The translations under genes were made by a program, and so were the position numbers. The notes under the pieces are model-generated. The model was not told where the DNA came from. It saw only the letters and a program-made list of their open reading frames with translations, and ran no database searches. A DNA stretch of 64,000 bases from a virus: IMG/VR virus record IMGVR_UViG_3300045988_115474. The stretch is one strand, 5' to 3'. Below, in pieces: positions 8,148 to 17,097 of this stretch. The first letter of the stretch is position 1. Each line of letters begins with the position of its first letter.

Positions 8148-9047
8148 ATGTTATATTGCTACGACAATGAAACTATAAAGTGGGAGAATGATGGTGTAAA
8201 TTACTGCTTGCATATTTGGGCAGATAATGATGGAGAGTGCAATCCTCGTGATTATGGGCATGATTCTATTATGGCTTGTTTTCATAAAAGATACTCTCTT
8301 GGTGATGATATTGGTTTTAGTGACCCTAAATATTTTTGGAATGATCTTGTTTGGAAGTATTGCAGTGACGAAGAGGTTCTTGATGCACTAGTGAATAAAA
8401 AACTTTTCGATACATGTGCAATCCAATATCATGACAGCGATGATGATAATGATTATTGGGCGATTTGTACTAACGATTCTGAGTCAAATGATTGGATTCC
8501 TAACAAAGATGAATACCGATGGATAAATCTGTTTTATGATGATCTTGTTCAGTACTCCAGAGAAGAGTTTTCTATTCGTGACTGTATGATGTTGCTTGAA
8601 AAAAGAGCAGTTTGGCTTCCTCTTTGGACTTACGAACATAGCGGAATCACAATGAGTTGCGGGGTACGCAAATATCCTTATAACGATATGTTTGATTCGA
8701 GTTATGTAGGATGGATTGTTACTATTCTTTCTGACTTTAACGAAAAGAATAAAGCAATTGCTGAAAAAAATATGGAACTTGAAGTTGAGGCGTATAACAA
8801 CTATCTGACTGGTGAAGTGTATGGGTATACGCTTTATGAACAGGATGGTTTTGTAGAAGATGATGTCGAAGAAAGCGCCGAACCTAATTGGACTGAAATC
8901 GATTCTTGTGGTGGTTTTCTTGGAGATGACCCTGTTCAAAATGGTATAGCCTACAATGCGGGCAATGGTTTAGAAGAAGCTATTAAAAACAACAAATACG
9001 AACAAGGCGAAGCAAAAAAGGTTGTTACAACTAGCTGGCGCTTTTGA
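8148..9047 (+). CDS. hypothetical acidic protein (about 300 aa)
   Basis: In frame with ORF-track 8115-9047; start refined to ATG 8148 after AAAGGGAGATTTTAGAT. Confidence 0.55.
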   Translation: MLYCYDNETIKWENDGVNYCLHIWADNDGECNPRDYGHDSIMACFHKRYSLGDDIGFSDPKYFWNDLVWKYCSDEEVLDALVNKKLFDTCAIQYHDSDDDNDYWAICTNDSESNDWIPNKDEYRWINLFYDDLVQYSREEFSIRDCMMLLEKRAVWLPLWTYEHSGITMSCGVRKYPYNDMFDSSYVGWIVTILSDFNEKNKAIAEKNMELEVEAYNNYLTGEVYGYTLYEQDGFVEDDVEESAEPNWTEIDSCGGFLGDDPVQNGIAYNAGNGLEEAIKNNKYEQGEAKKVVTTSWRF

Positions 9048-9075
9048 TAAATGTTGAATTTTAGGAGGAAGTATT

Positions 9076-9306
9076 ATGAAACGTTCTGTTTATCTCGAAG
9101 GGGAATACCTCGAATTTAATCCTCAGAGTGATTTAATCAAGTCTATGCGACAGCGGAAGATTATTCCTGATAATGTTCCAGACAATGAGATTTATATGAC
9201 CATCTGGGGCGCTGGCAGTTGGCAGATTCATTGGTATAAAGGTGAGGTATTATACACTTATAATCCCTGGACTGCGCTTATTACAGAAAAGGAGAACAAA
9301 AAATGA
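9076..9306 (+). CDS. hypothetical protein
   Basis: ORF-track ORF; TTTTAGGAGGAAGTATTATG RBS. Confidence 0.5.
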   Translation: MKRSVYLEGEYLEFNPQSDLIKSMRQRKIIPDNVPDNEIYMTIWGAGSWQIHWYKGEVLYTYNPWTALITEKENKK

Positions 9307-9533
9307 AAAATATGTGGGCAGTCTGCGATGTTGAAATAGACGGAAAATATTATGCTTATCCAATAAGGATTTCCGTAATGGATAATCTATTAAGCAAATT
9401 AGCCATTAAGGGTATTAAGGCTGCAAATCTCTGTGAGAGCAAAAAGAGGGCAAAAGAGGTTGCGGATATGTGGAATGAGTGCCATAAGACAAATAAACAA
9501 TATATGTTCACGACAGATGATCCAACGTTTTGA
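9303..9533 (+). CDS. hypothetical protein
   Basis: ORF-track ORF; ATGA overlap with upstream stop; GAAAAGGAGAACAAAAAATG. Confidence 0.5.
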   Translation: MKNMWAVCDVEIDGKYYAYPIRISVMDNLLSKLAIKGIKAANLCESKKRAKEVADMWNECHKTNKQYMFTTDDPTF

Positions 9534-9546
9534 AAGGGAAAATGAT

Positions 9547-9783
9547 ATGTGGTGTGTTATTGAATGTGGTTCCGAAGGTGAGATTTTTGAGCCTGAATTT
9601 TTCAAAACCAAAACGGAAGCAATAAAATACATTATGGACGATTCGGAAGAATGTTATGCAATGTATTCTGATTTTCCTGACGTCCAAACTGATTATGATG
9701 ACAATGAATTTGAGGCACAAGTTTGGACAGATAAATTCAGTTTCAAATGGAAAGCATTTGATGTTTCTGGTAAGTTAATGTAA
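9547..9783 (+). CDS. hypothetical acidic protein
   Basis: In frame with ORF-track 9433-9783; ATG 9547 after GAAAGGGAAAATGAT. Confidence 0.45.
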   Translation: MWCVIECGSEGEIFEPEFFKTKTEAIKYIMDDSEECYAMYSDFPDVQTDYDDNEFEAQVWTDKFSFKWKAFDVSGKLM

Positions 9784-9797
9784 AAGGAGAGTTCTAT

Positions 9798-9992
9798 TTG
9801 TATTACCATCTTGAATATTCTGTCAGACACTTTATGTACGGCGATACATACAGAGGGCATGAAATCTATCCCACAAAAGAGTTGCGTGATGCAGAGCTTG
9901 ACTGGATGAAAACGTATTACAGTAAGCCGACAGAGCTTATCTATGCAACGTATGAAACCGAAACGCTTAGTGAAGATAAGATAATAATATGA
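9798..9992 (+). CDS. hypothetical protein (TTG start)
   Basis: ORF-track ORF; TTG 9798 sits 5 nt after AAAGGAGAG. Confidence 0.4.
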   Translation: MYYHLEYSVRHFMYGDTYRGHEIYPTKELRDAELDWMKTYYSKPTELIYATYETETLSEDKIII

Positions 9993-10004
9993 AGGGAAAT
10001 AGAT

Positions 10005-10109
10005 ATGAGTGATTTGAAATATAGCTGGAAATACGGGGAAAACGAACATCAAAAATATTACGATGTTTATATTGGAAAAGATTATCTTTGTGTCTGGCAA
10101 AACAAATGA
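10005..10109 (+). CDS. hypothetical small protein (34 aa)
   Basis: ATG 10005 after GAAGGGAAATAGAT; 35 codons verified to TGA 10107-10109. Confidence 0.35.
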   Translation: MSDLKYSWKYGENEHQKYYDVYIGKDYLCVWQNK

Positions 10110-10124
10110 GAACCTGATATTTGG

Positions 10125-10319
10125 ATGGGAATGTCCCGTGATAAAATGATTCATAACAAAACAAAGAATAATAAATATCGTCGCAAAGAAAAACTTCCTT
10201 TGAATACACATTGGAGCGAACTGCGATGTGACACTATTCTTTGTAGTATTGATCCTGTTTATATGATGAAGAAAGTTGAGTATTGTTATCGTCATAATAT
10301 TGATGAGATTTCAGAATGA
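10125..10319 (+). CDS. hypothetical basic protein
   Basis: ORF-track ORF; weak RBS. Confidence 0.4.
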   Translation: MGMSRDKMIHNKTKNNKYRRKEKLPLNTHWSELRCDTILCSIDPVYMMKKVEYCYRHNIDEISE

Positions 10320-10330
10320 GGAGAATGAAT

Positions 10331-10627
10331 ATGACGGCACGAGAGATTGCAAAAGATTTTATCAAAACTATGAATCCATCTAGGTGGGCTGGTGTTGGTC
10401 AGAAACCTGATAACTTCGACACCAGAATTAAAACGTATATTGTTGATGGTTTTAATGAATATAAGCTTAATGTTTCATATGATAAAAAAGATAAGCTTGG
10501 TTACGTTGTTATGTTTGAAATAAGATGGATAGACAGTGGAGAGCGGATTTACCTTTATGATATTCGAAGAATCAATTCTGAAGATGCAATCGAACACTCA
10601 ATCGATTCTCTTTTTAGTTGTTTTTAA
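10331..10627 (+). CDS. hypothetical protein
   Basis: In frame with ORF-track 10316-10627; ATG 10331 after GAGGAGAATGAAT (same cassette as at 7321 and 7585). Confidence 0.5.
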   Translation: MTAREIAKDFIKTMNPSRWAGVGQKPDNFDTRIKTYIVDGFNEYKLNVSYDKKDKLGYVVMFEIRWIDSGERIYLYDIRRINSEDAIEHSIDSLFSCF

Positions 10628-10646
10628 TAGAATCGAGGTTTTAAAA

Positions 10647-10892
10647 ATGTGGACTTTTACTAGGTTTTATCTTCGGGAAAGTTGTATTTTGCTTGTTGAT
10701 GAGGACGGAGAAAAGAGTGCAATCACAACAAGTGCATATGACTTAATAAGAATGTACAATAACGGCGAGAGTGAATGTCCTAGTGATAACGCAAAGGTTA
10801 TTTATTGCTTGATTTTTAATGTAAAAATGAAATGTAAAACGTTCAAAGAACTTATGGATATGCTTGAGAAAATTGTAGCTGATTGTTGTTGA
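10647..10892 (+). CDS. hypothetical protein; paralog of the 7321-7581 gene
   Basis: In frame with ORF-track 10536-10892; ATG 10647; shared C-terminal CKTF...M..C motif. Confidence 0.45.
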   Translation: MWTFTRFYLRESCILLVDEDGEKSAITTSAYDLIRMYNNGESECPSDNAKVIYCLIFNVKMKCKTFKELMDMLEKIVADCC

Positions 10893-10903
10893 GGTTTTAG
10901 AAA

Positions 10904-11107
10904 ATGGAACGAACTATGAATGATAAACTTATGGAAGCGGCACAAGTTCTTATTGAAAATGGAATGAGTGCAGATGATGCGTATGTTGCTTTGCAGGCGC
11001 AGTGTTATATCCTTTTGGATATTGAAATCGACGATTATCTCACAGATGAAGATTATAAAGAACTCGAAGATTTTGAAAAGAAACTGAGTGAGACAGAGGA
11101 GAAATGA
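10904..11107 (+). CDS. hypothetical acidic protein
   Basis: ORF-track ORF; GAGGTTTTAGAAAATG. Confidence 0.45.
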   Translation: MERTMNDKLMEAAQVLIENGMSADDAYVALQAQCYILLDIEIDDYLTDEDYKELEDFEKKLSETEEK

Positions 11108-11109
11108 TT

Positions 11110-11316
11110 ATGAACATCAATGAGATTCGTTACTTTGAACGCAAAATGACCGACAGCGCATTTAACGATGCTGTGAAGTACGATCCAGCGATTGCAGTTC
11201 GTGCAAAGCGAGCATGGGTTATGAAGATACAAGGGCTGATTTCGTTCCGGGAGTACATTTCTTGCTTGCAAGATATTACCGGCAACGCACGAATCTTTTG
11301 GAAGTATCAGTTTTGA
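11110..11316 (+). CDS. hypothetical protein
   Basis: In frame with ORF-track 11104-11316; ATG 11110 sits 8 nt after GAGGAGAA. Confidence 0.45.
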   Translation: MNINEIRYFERKMTDSAFNDAVKYDPAIAVRAKRAWVMKIQGLISFREYISCLQDITGNARIFWKYQF

Positions 11317-11326
11317 GGTGACGATT

Positions 11327-11572
11327 ATGTATATGCTTTTGGATATTTTTATGCAGAAAAAAGATATTCCTAGTGTCATTAACAAGCAAACGTTTGATAC
11401 TTTTGAAGAAGCGAAAAATGATGCAATAAATCAAGCTGAAGCAGAGTTCCAGCATTATTATCAAGTAATGTATGGTGGACCTGGAAATGAACCGGAAATC
11501 ACAGAGCTTAGTGATAGCATATATATCTCTTCGCCTAAAGAAAGCGAATGGTGGACGATTATTGAAGTTTGA
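11327..11572 (+). CDS. hypothetical protein
   Basis: In frame with ORF-track 11318-11572; ATG 11327 after TTGAGGTGACGATT. Confidence 0.45.
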   Translation: MYMLLDIFMQKKDIPSVINKQTFDTFEEAKNDAINQAEAEFQHYYQVMYGGPGNEPEITELSDSIYISSPKESEWWTIIEV

Positions 11573-11602
11573 TAAAACAGTTCTTTTAGGAGGCAAATCA
11601 AT

Positions 11603-11848
11603 ATGAATGAAAAGCAATTTGAAATCGATACACCCATCGGGAAGATTGTTGCAGAGGGTTTTGCAGAGCCATATCCTGAGATTGTGATTTACCTTAAGAG
11701 AAATGATGGCGAAACAATCAACCTGTCTAGTATCAATTATGACAGTAGTGGTGATATTGAAAATTATCTTTGGATGGATGTACTCAGTGATGAGTATACA
11801 GACCATAAGAGCTGGCCGCTTGAAGAATTGACCGCAGATTTTTCTTAA
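11603..11848 (+). CDS. hypothetical acidic protein; paralog of the 7871-8128 gene
   Basis: ORF-track ORF; TTTTAGGAGGCAAATCAATATG RBS. Confidence 0.5.
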   Translation: MNEKQFEIDTPIGKIVAEGFAEPYPEIVIYLKRNDGETINLSSINYDSSGDIENYLWMDVLSDEYTDHKSWPLEELTADFS

Positions 11849-11871
11849 CAAACATAAAGGAGTAAAACAAA

Positions 11872-13176
11872 ATGACTACTAACAATTCTATGACCGTAAT
11901 AACATCTAAGCCTTTTGGTGCACTGAATGTGGATGTGTACGAGGATAATAAGCACCAGTATTACATGACCCGTGAACAGATTGGGCGAGCACTGGAATGT
12001 AAAGAACCTCGGAAGTACATTGCGAAGATTCATGAGCGTAATGCAGACCGTCTTGACCCGTTGAGCTCGGTCGTCAATTTGACGACTGAGGTCGGAAATT
12101 ATACGCAAGAACGTCAAACATATATGTACAGTTTGCGTGGCGTGATGGAAATCTGCCGCCTTTCTCGTCAGCCGAAAGCAGATGCGTTTATGGATTTCTG
12201 CTGGGACATCATGGAATCCTTGATGCGTGGTGACACCGTTCTAGCTACGCCTCAGATGGATGCTGCACTGAGTAAAGAGTTCATTGATGTTAGACTTCAC
12301 GCCTTGTTTGATAGTGTGAAGAACCTTCAGAGTGAACTTGATTCCACTCGCAAGGAGCTCGGTGACCAGATTGAGGAAGCGCGTGCTACCAGTAATGAGG
12401 CACTGAATGTGATTAGTAGCGTATCTCAGTGCGTCCATCAAATCAAGGACAAGCAGATGGATAACGCGATTCGTGCTAAGAGCTACACTCCTCGCAATGT
12501 GTTTAAGGATGAAATGAGTGACTGGCGTAAAGATTTGTATAGCAAGATTGGTGTGATTGCAAATACCAAAGGTTACACGAATAAAGAAACGCTTCACAAG
12601 ATTTATGAATATTTAAATCGTAATTATGGTTTCGTTTTGGAAGATGCTCGTGCAAAGTATATTAAGAGAACGAATCGTAGTGGGAAAATCTCTACGATTG
12701 ACATTATTGAAGATGATACTACTTGGAAATCAGTTATGGGTTCTGTCGTTGCAGATATGTATGCAGCATCTATTGAGCGTCTGCACCAGAATCAGAATGA
12801 GCTTCGTCCTGCTTTGAAGGCCATTGAAACAATTCCTGAAGTAAATGCGAATGATGCTCCCGTGGTTGAGGTGGAAGCCAAGGAAGTTGTTAATGAGAAG
12901 CCTAAGAAGCAGAGTGAGACAGCATTAAAACTGGTTCCAGTTGTTGAACCTCTGGCAAAGAAAATTGGAGACAATACAATTCATTATCATAAGACTTACC
13001 GTATGATTTATGACCAGATTGGTTATACAAAGATGGAAAGTATGTTGAAGGCATACAAACGTGCTCATGGCTGTATGCCTAAACCGAAAACTAAGGTTTT
13101 CCTGGAAAGTGATAATGCTATGCGAATGTTTAAAAAGGCTGTGAAGCAGCTGATGAAAGAGCAGGAGAAGAAGTAA
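11872..13176 (+). CDS. phage antirepressor-like protein (N-terminal Bro-N / ORF6N-type domain)
   Basis: The N-terminal 120 aa (FGALNVDVYEDNKHQYYMTREQIGRALECKEPRKYIAKIHERNADRLD...YSLRGVMEICRLSRQPKADAFMDFCWDIMESL) follow the Bro-N pattern; AAAGGAGTAAAACAAAATG RBS. Confidence 0.55.
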   Translation: MTTNNSMTVITSKPFGALNVDVYEDNKHQYYMTREQIGRALECKEPRKYIAKIHERNADRLDPLSSVVNLTTEVGNYTQERQTYMYSLRGVMEICRLSRQPKADAFMDFCWDIMESLMRGDTVLATPQMDAALSKEFIDVRLHALFDSVKNLQSELDSTRKELGDQIEEARATSNEALNVISSVSQCVHQIKDKQMDNAIRAKSYTPRNVFKDEMSDWRKDLYSKIGVIANTKGYTNKETLHKIYEYLNRNYGFVLEDARAKYIKRTNRSGKISTIDIIEDDTTWKSVMGSVVADMYAASIERLHQNQNELRPALKAIETIPEVNANDAPVVEVEAKEVVNEKPKKQSETALKLVPVVEPLAKKIGDNTIHYHKTYRMIYDQIGYTKMESMLKAYKRAHGCMPKPKTKVFLESDNAMRMFKKAVKQLMKEQEKK

Positions 13177-13797
13177 ATGTATGTGATATCAAATGGTCAT
13201 AACTACATTATGAAACGAAAGGGAGGTCGAATCTGTGCTACCTGTGATATCAATCTGGCATTGAAGTTTGAATCTAAGGGATTGGCAATTTGTGAAATCA
13301 ACAAACTTCCAGCCGGGTATAAGAACGGGCACTACGCACCGAAGTCTATGGACGAAGCCACCGTTGCAGGCAAGAGTCCGAATATAGCAGCTCCGGCTGA
13401 TAAGCCGAATACATACGCATTTCAGATGGAAGATTCCGAATGGCTTGCAAAACTTAAAAAGGATTTGGTTATTACGGATAGGACTATGTGCAATCTGAAT
13501 GAAATGTATTCAAAAGTGTATGGTGACCTGACTGCTGCAGGCGACGAGATTGATGATCTGGAACACGCTATTGAGTTCAAGACTGTAAACGCAGCGCAAG
13601 GTTATCAGCTTATGGCAGAACTTAAAAGGGCTCGCCGGAAGCGTAGGGAAGCTAAGGACGCAAAGTTTTTGCTTGAAATCATTATGAATGAAGAAGATAA
13701 GGGCTGGGTATATGGTAGGTTGGAAACTGCTATTGAACAACTTGGCAATCGTAAGTTTACTCCGAAGATTCGTAACGATTTGTTTGAAAAGAACTGA
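13177..13797 (+). CDS. hypothetical protein
   Basis: ORF-track ORF; its ATG overlaps the upstream stop (TAAATG). Confidence 0.5.
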   Translation: MYVISNGHNYIMKRKGGRICATCDINLALKFESKGLAICEINKLPAGYKNGHYAPKSMDEATVAGKSPNIAAPADKPNTYAFQMEDSEWLAKLKKDLVITDRTMCNLNEMYSKVYGDLTAAGDEIDDLEHAIEFKTVNAAQGYQLMAELKRARRKRREAKDAKFLLEIIMNEEDKGWVYGRLETAIEQLGNRKFTPKIRNDLFEKN

Positions 13798-13807
13798 GGT
13801 ACATATT

Positions 13808-14056
13808 ATGAGAATTTATGTTTTACATGACTGTTATGAAGAAACGGAATTCTATGCAGAGGCAAATGTAATTGAGGTTTCTTCTGACGAAAAGAAGCTA
13901 TATGAATTGATGAAGCTGGCTTATATGGAATGCAAAGAGAGCCATCCAGATGCAAGTGAAGAGTCCTATATTGATAGTTTTAGCGCTCTGGTAACAGAAG
14001 AGAGTGAAGGCTATTATTACAAGCATCAGTGGATGATTGATGAATTTGAGGTATAA
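13808..14056 (+). CDS. hypothetical acidic protein
   Basis: In frame with ORF-track 13688-14056; ATG 13808 after TGAGGTACATATT. Confidence 0.45.
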   Translation: MRIYVLHDCYEETEFYAEANVIEVSSDEKKLYELMKLAYMECKESHPDASEESYIDSFSALVTEESEGYYYKHQWMIDEFEV

Positions 14057-14059
14057 GGT

Positions 14060-14284
14060 ATGATGGTGTATGGAGATATAACGTGTAATCGCTGTGGTAT
14101 TACATGGTATGGACCAAAATGTGGCAGACTTTATTGTGATAAATGTCGTAAAATTATTAGAAACGAGGCATCTATTAGGTGTAAAAATAAAAAGAAGCAT
14201 AAGCCAACATTTGTTGAGATCACAAGATTAGCTGATGCAGAAGGATTGTCATATGGGAAATATTGTTTGAAATACGGAATCTAA
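14060..14284 (+). CDS. hypothetical zinc-ribbon protein
   Basis: CNRCG...CGRLYCDKC pairs of CxxC; ORF-track ORF. Confidence 0.45.
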   Translation: MMVYGDITCNRCGITWYGPKCGRLYCDKCRKIIRNEASIRCKNKKKHKPTFVEITRLADAEGLSYGKYCLKYGI

Positions 14285-14299
14285 AAGGAGATATAGTAT

Positions 14300-15178
14300 A
14301 TGGGAGCATTAGCACAGGAAGAGTATGAATCGAATTTTATAAGTATTGACGAATATTTAGATGAAGATGTTAATCAAGAAACAACTCAATATTCTAAAGG
14401 AAAAAATTACAACATCACTCGATATTCTGTGGCACGAAATGGTGAAGTTGAACCGATTCGTGACGTAAAAGATATTCAGGCTATTTCTGAATATTTCTAT
14501 AATAAAAAGAAGTATAGAGATTGGTGCTTGTTTAATCTTGGTATTGCCACAGGATTTCGTGCGAGTGACCTTCTTCGATTTAGAGTTGAAGATGTATCGC
14601 ACCTGGTTGATGGAAAACTTGTTGTTAATGAAACAGTCAAGGTTCGCTTTAAGGAGAAAAAGACAGGAAAATATCGCGATGTTGTAATTGGGCAGAACAC
14701 AATGCAGATTATAGCTGAATATATTCGGCTAACGAGGCCGTCGTATCATTCGTGGCTTTTCCCATCTCAGAAAGGAAGTAGCAAAAATTCATTAAGAACG
14801 AATGGGGGTATTTCTTCTTGGAAAGTTGGAGGGGGAAAATCAAATGCAGTGAAAGTTGTAAAATATGAAGCTGATCCAAAGAAGAAAGGTGACCCGATTG
14901 ATGTTGATACGTTTGGACAGATTATGAGAAAAGCTCAAAAAGACTTAGGGCTTTCTTATAAACTTGGGACGCATAGTTGTCGAAAGACTTTTGGTTATCA
15001 ATTCATGATGAATCATAAAGATGACCAGATGGCACTTGCGTGGTTGCAACATAGCCTGAATCACAGTAATCAGGCTATTACGCTTCACTACATTGGATTA
15101 AATGCAGACGTTGATAGAGAATATTATTCTAACATCGACTATGGCGTTGATTGTCATTGTTCAATTGTAGCAATGTGA
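14300..15178 (+). CDS. tyrosine site-specific recombinase (integrase / XerC-D family)
   Basis: Catalytic signature in canonical order and spacing: box I R (GIATGFRASDLLRFR), HxxR (GTHSCRKTFGYQ), a second H (WLQHSLNHSN), and Y (AITLHYIG) about 33 aa after HxxR. AAAAGGAGATATAGTATATG RBS. Confidence 0.7.
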   Translation: MGALAQEEYESNFISIDEYLDEDVNQETTQYSKGKNYNITRYSVARNGEVEPIRDVKDIQAISEYFYNKKKYRDWCLFNLGIATGFRASDLLRFRVEDVSHLVDGKLVVNETVKVRFKEKKTGKYRDVVIGQNTMQIIAEYIRLTRPSYHSWLFPSQKGSSKNSLRTNGGISSWKVGGGKSNAVKVVKYEADPKKKGDPIDVDTFGQIMRKAQKDLGLSYKLGTHSCRKTFGYQFMMNHKDDQMALAWLQHSLNHSNQAITLHYIGLNADVDREYYSNIDYGVDCHCSIVAM

Positions 15179-15183
15179 GGTGT

Positions 15184-15873
15184 ATGATGGCTGATACTTA
15201 TATTAAAATTTGGGATACTTATGAGAGCTACTTTGAACCCCTTAGTGCTGCTGAGGTGGGGCGTTTGGTACTGGCGATGATGAAATATAAATCGTCTGGA
15301 ACAGAGCCTGAACTCAACGGAAATGAGCGGTATGTGTGGCCTGCTATCAAGAGAGATTTAATTAAAGACGCCGAGTACATCGAAGGTAAGCGCATTTCTG
15401 GAAAGGCTGGCGGCGAAAGCAAGCGTAAGCAAAGCAAAGCAAACGCAAGCAAGAGCAAGCTAGAAAAAGAAAAAGAAAAAGAGAAAGAAAAAGAGAAGAT
15501 ATCGTCTTCGTCTAATGATGAGACGACAACGACGAAACCTGTCGAGGATGTTTTTCGAGAGAACATCGGGAAGCTTGGTACTACTGGGCAGAAAGCTTTG
15601 GCAGAATATGTTGAGCGCATGGGCGACGAACTTGTACTTGCTGTGATTGGTAAGTGTTCTGATCTCGGCGGTAGCACATGGGCTTATGTGCGAAAAGCTC
15701 TGGACGAAGCAGAGTCTCTTGGCTGTAAGACTGTTGATGATTACCGCCGAGTGCGTCCGATAGGGAGTGGTCGTAATCTTAGAGTGAGTAGGGACACTCA
15801 ATGTGGAACCGATTGGCTAAAAAACGCAGCTTTGGATAAAAGTCTTCGCAGAATGAAAATGATAAAAGAGTGA
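15184..15873 (+). CDS. DnaD-domain-like replication initiation / organiser protein with a (KE)n low-complexity linker
   Basis: In frame with ORF-track 15151-15873 (start at the MMADTY ATG). The C-terminal LAVIGKCSDLGGSTWAYVRKALDEAESLGCKTVDDYRRV resembles a DnaD/DnaB_2 C-terminal domain; linker KEKEKEKEKEKEK. Confidence 0.45.
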   Translation: MMADTYIKIWDTYESYFEPLSAAEVGRLVLAMMKYKSSGTEPELNGNERYVWPAIKRDLIKDAEYIEGKRISGKAGGESKRKQSKANASKSKLEKEKEKEKEKEKISSSSNDETTTTKPVEDVFRENIGKLGTTGQKALAEYVERMGDELVLAVIGKCSDLGGSTWAYVRKALDEAESLGCKTVDDYRRVRPIGSGRNLRVSRDTQCGTDWLKNAALDKSLRRMKMIKE

Positions 15874-15891
15874 TTTTAGGAGCGTGATTAT

Positions 15892-16077
15892 GTGAATGAA
15901 GATATCGTTTTGCGAGGCGATGAAGCAAAGCAGTTTGTGTATAATCTGCATCATCCCAATGTTGCTAAAATAGTGGAAGAGAATAGACGACGGGATAAGG
16001 CACTTGATGAAGTGAACTATCAGGAAACAGATGATGGTTTTACGTTTGACATTGATAAAAGTAAATTGGAGGTTTAA
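15892..16077 (+). CDS. hypothetical protein (GTG start)
   Basis: ORF-track ORF; TTTTAGGAGCGTGATTATGTG context. Confidence 0.4.
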   Translation: MNEDIVLRGDEAKQFVYNLHHPNVAKIVEENRRRDKALDEVNYQETDDGFTFDIDKSKLEV

Positions 16078-16080
16078 ACT

Positions 16081-16482
16081 ATGGGACTGTTACTTGGCTT
16101 GGGTTTGCTTGGAGCGGCATTTGGCATTGATGCAGCAAAGCAAGCACCGTTTGATAGAGCGTATCGTCATCTGGAAAATGAGTGGGGAACTTGTACATCG
16201 CAAGAGAGTAAGCGATGTGATGCTCTGAAATATGCCGTACAGAACGGTTTGTGCTTCGAGAATGAAAAAAAGCCTGTGATTGAGTGGCAGAAGCTGAGGG
16301 ATCTTCAGTGGAAATATCAGGTGGCTGGTATTTCTTGGCCGAGAGAATCCGCGATTCGAGATGTGTGTCGTCTAGCAGCTCGTGACCGTGGTTTTGAATA
16401 CAAAGGATATCTGCGAAACACATTGACGTTTGGTTATATCACTGATCCGAAAAATATTTGCAAACTTGGCATCGTAGATTGA
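16081..16482 (+). CDS. hypothetical protein
   Basis: ORF-track ORF; GGAGGTTTAAACTATG RBS. Confidence 0.5.
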   Translation: MGLLLGLGLLGAAFGIDAAKQAPFDRAYRHLENEWGTCTSQESKRCDALKYAVQNGLCFENEKKPVIEWQKLRDLQWKYQVAGISWPRESAIRDVCRLAARDRGFEYKGYLRNTLTFGYITDPKNICKLGIVD

Positions 16483-16496
16483 GAGGAGATTTGAAA

Positions 16497-16811
16497 ATGA
16501 ATAACGTTCGTAGAAAAGCTATTAAGCAGACCATTGACCGTTTTGATTCCATCCGTAAGAAGCTGGACGAGCTTGTGTCTGAGGTAGAAAGTGTAAAATC
16601 CGATGTTGAGGATATCCAGTGGGAAGAAGAAGATTATCGTGACAATATACCTGAGAACCTGCAGGGTAGTGAGCGATATGATAAAGCAGATAATGCTTGC
16701 ACGAATTTTTCTGATGCTGTAGATGCTCTGGATGATATGATTAGTGCTATGGGTGATGTGACTAGTGCTATGGGTGATGTGACTACCTCTCTGGAGGAAG
16801 CGATGGAATGA
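16497..16811 (+). CDS. hypothetical acidic protein with duplicated SAMGDVT motif
   Basis: In frame with ORF-track 16458-16811; ATG 16497 after GAGAGGAGATTTGAAA; internal repeat ISAMGDVTSAMGDVTTS. Confidence 0.5.
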   Translation: MNNVRRKAIKQTIDRFDSIRKKLDELVSEVESVKSDVEDIQWEEEDYRDNIPENLQGSERYDKADNACTNFSDAVDALDDMISAMGDVTSAMGDVTTSLEEAME

Positions 16812-16996
16812 TTGAGACTGCAAACCCATTGAGGAGAAACGCATGGGCTGTGTTCTTGTACAGAGGCAGACAAATTTATTCGTATCTTTTGCGTAATAGC
16901 AATCTTGGGGACAAGGAACGTATGGTAGAGTTGCTGGCACGAAGGTACATGACAGAGCCTGAGAATATTGTTGTAGATATTGAATTTAGAGATTGA
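16808..16996 (+). CDS. hypothetical protein
   Basis: ORF-track ORF; ATGA overlap with upstream stop. Confidence 0.45.
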   Translation: MIETANPLRRNAWAVFLYRGRQIYSYLLRNSNLGDKERMVELLARRYMTEPENIVVDIEFRD

Positions 16997-17007
16997 GGTG
17001 ATAGAGA

Positions 17008-17082
17008 ATGACCGCGTTTGTAATGTTTGCTTTTAATGTGGTACTTATAATAGCAGCGAATAGTAATCCATTTGCATTTTGA
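17008..17082 (+). CDS. hypothetical hydrophobic mini-ORF (24 aa)
   Basis: ATG 17008 after the conserved GATTGAGGTGATAGAGA cassette; MTAFVMFAFNVVLIIAANSNPFAF. Confidence 0.25.
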   Translation: MTAFVMFAFNVVLIIAANSNPFAF

Positions 17083-17097
17083 TTGAGAGGTGTGGAT

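Noticed and set aside
15421-15500. Tandem GAAAAA/GAGAAA hexamer repeat, considered as a possible CRISPR array or regulatory repeat.
   Set aside because: It is in frame inside the DnaD-like CDS and simply encodes a (KE)n linker. There are no spacer-like unique segments, and no CRISPR array was found anywhere in the window.
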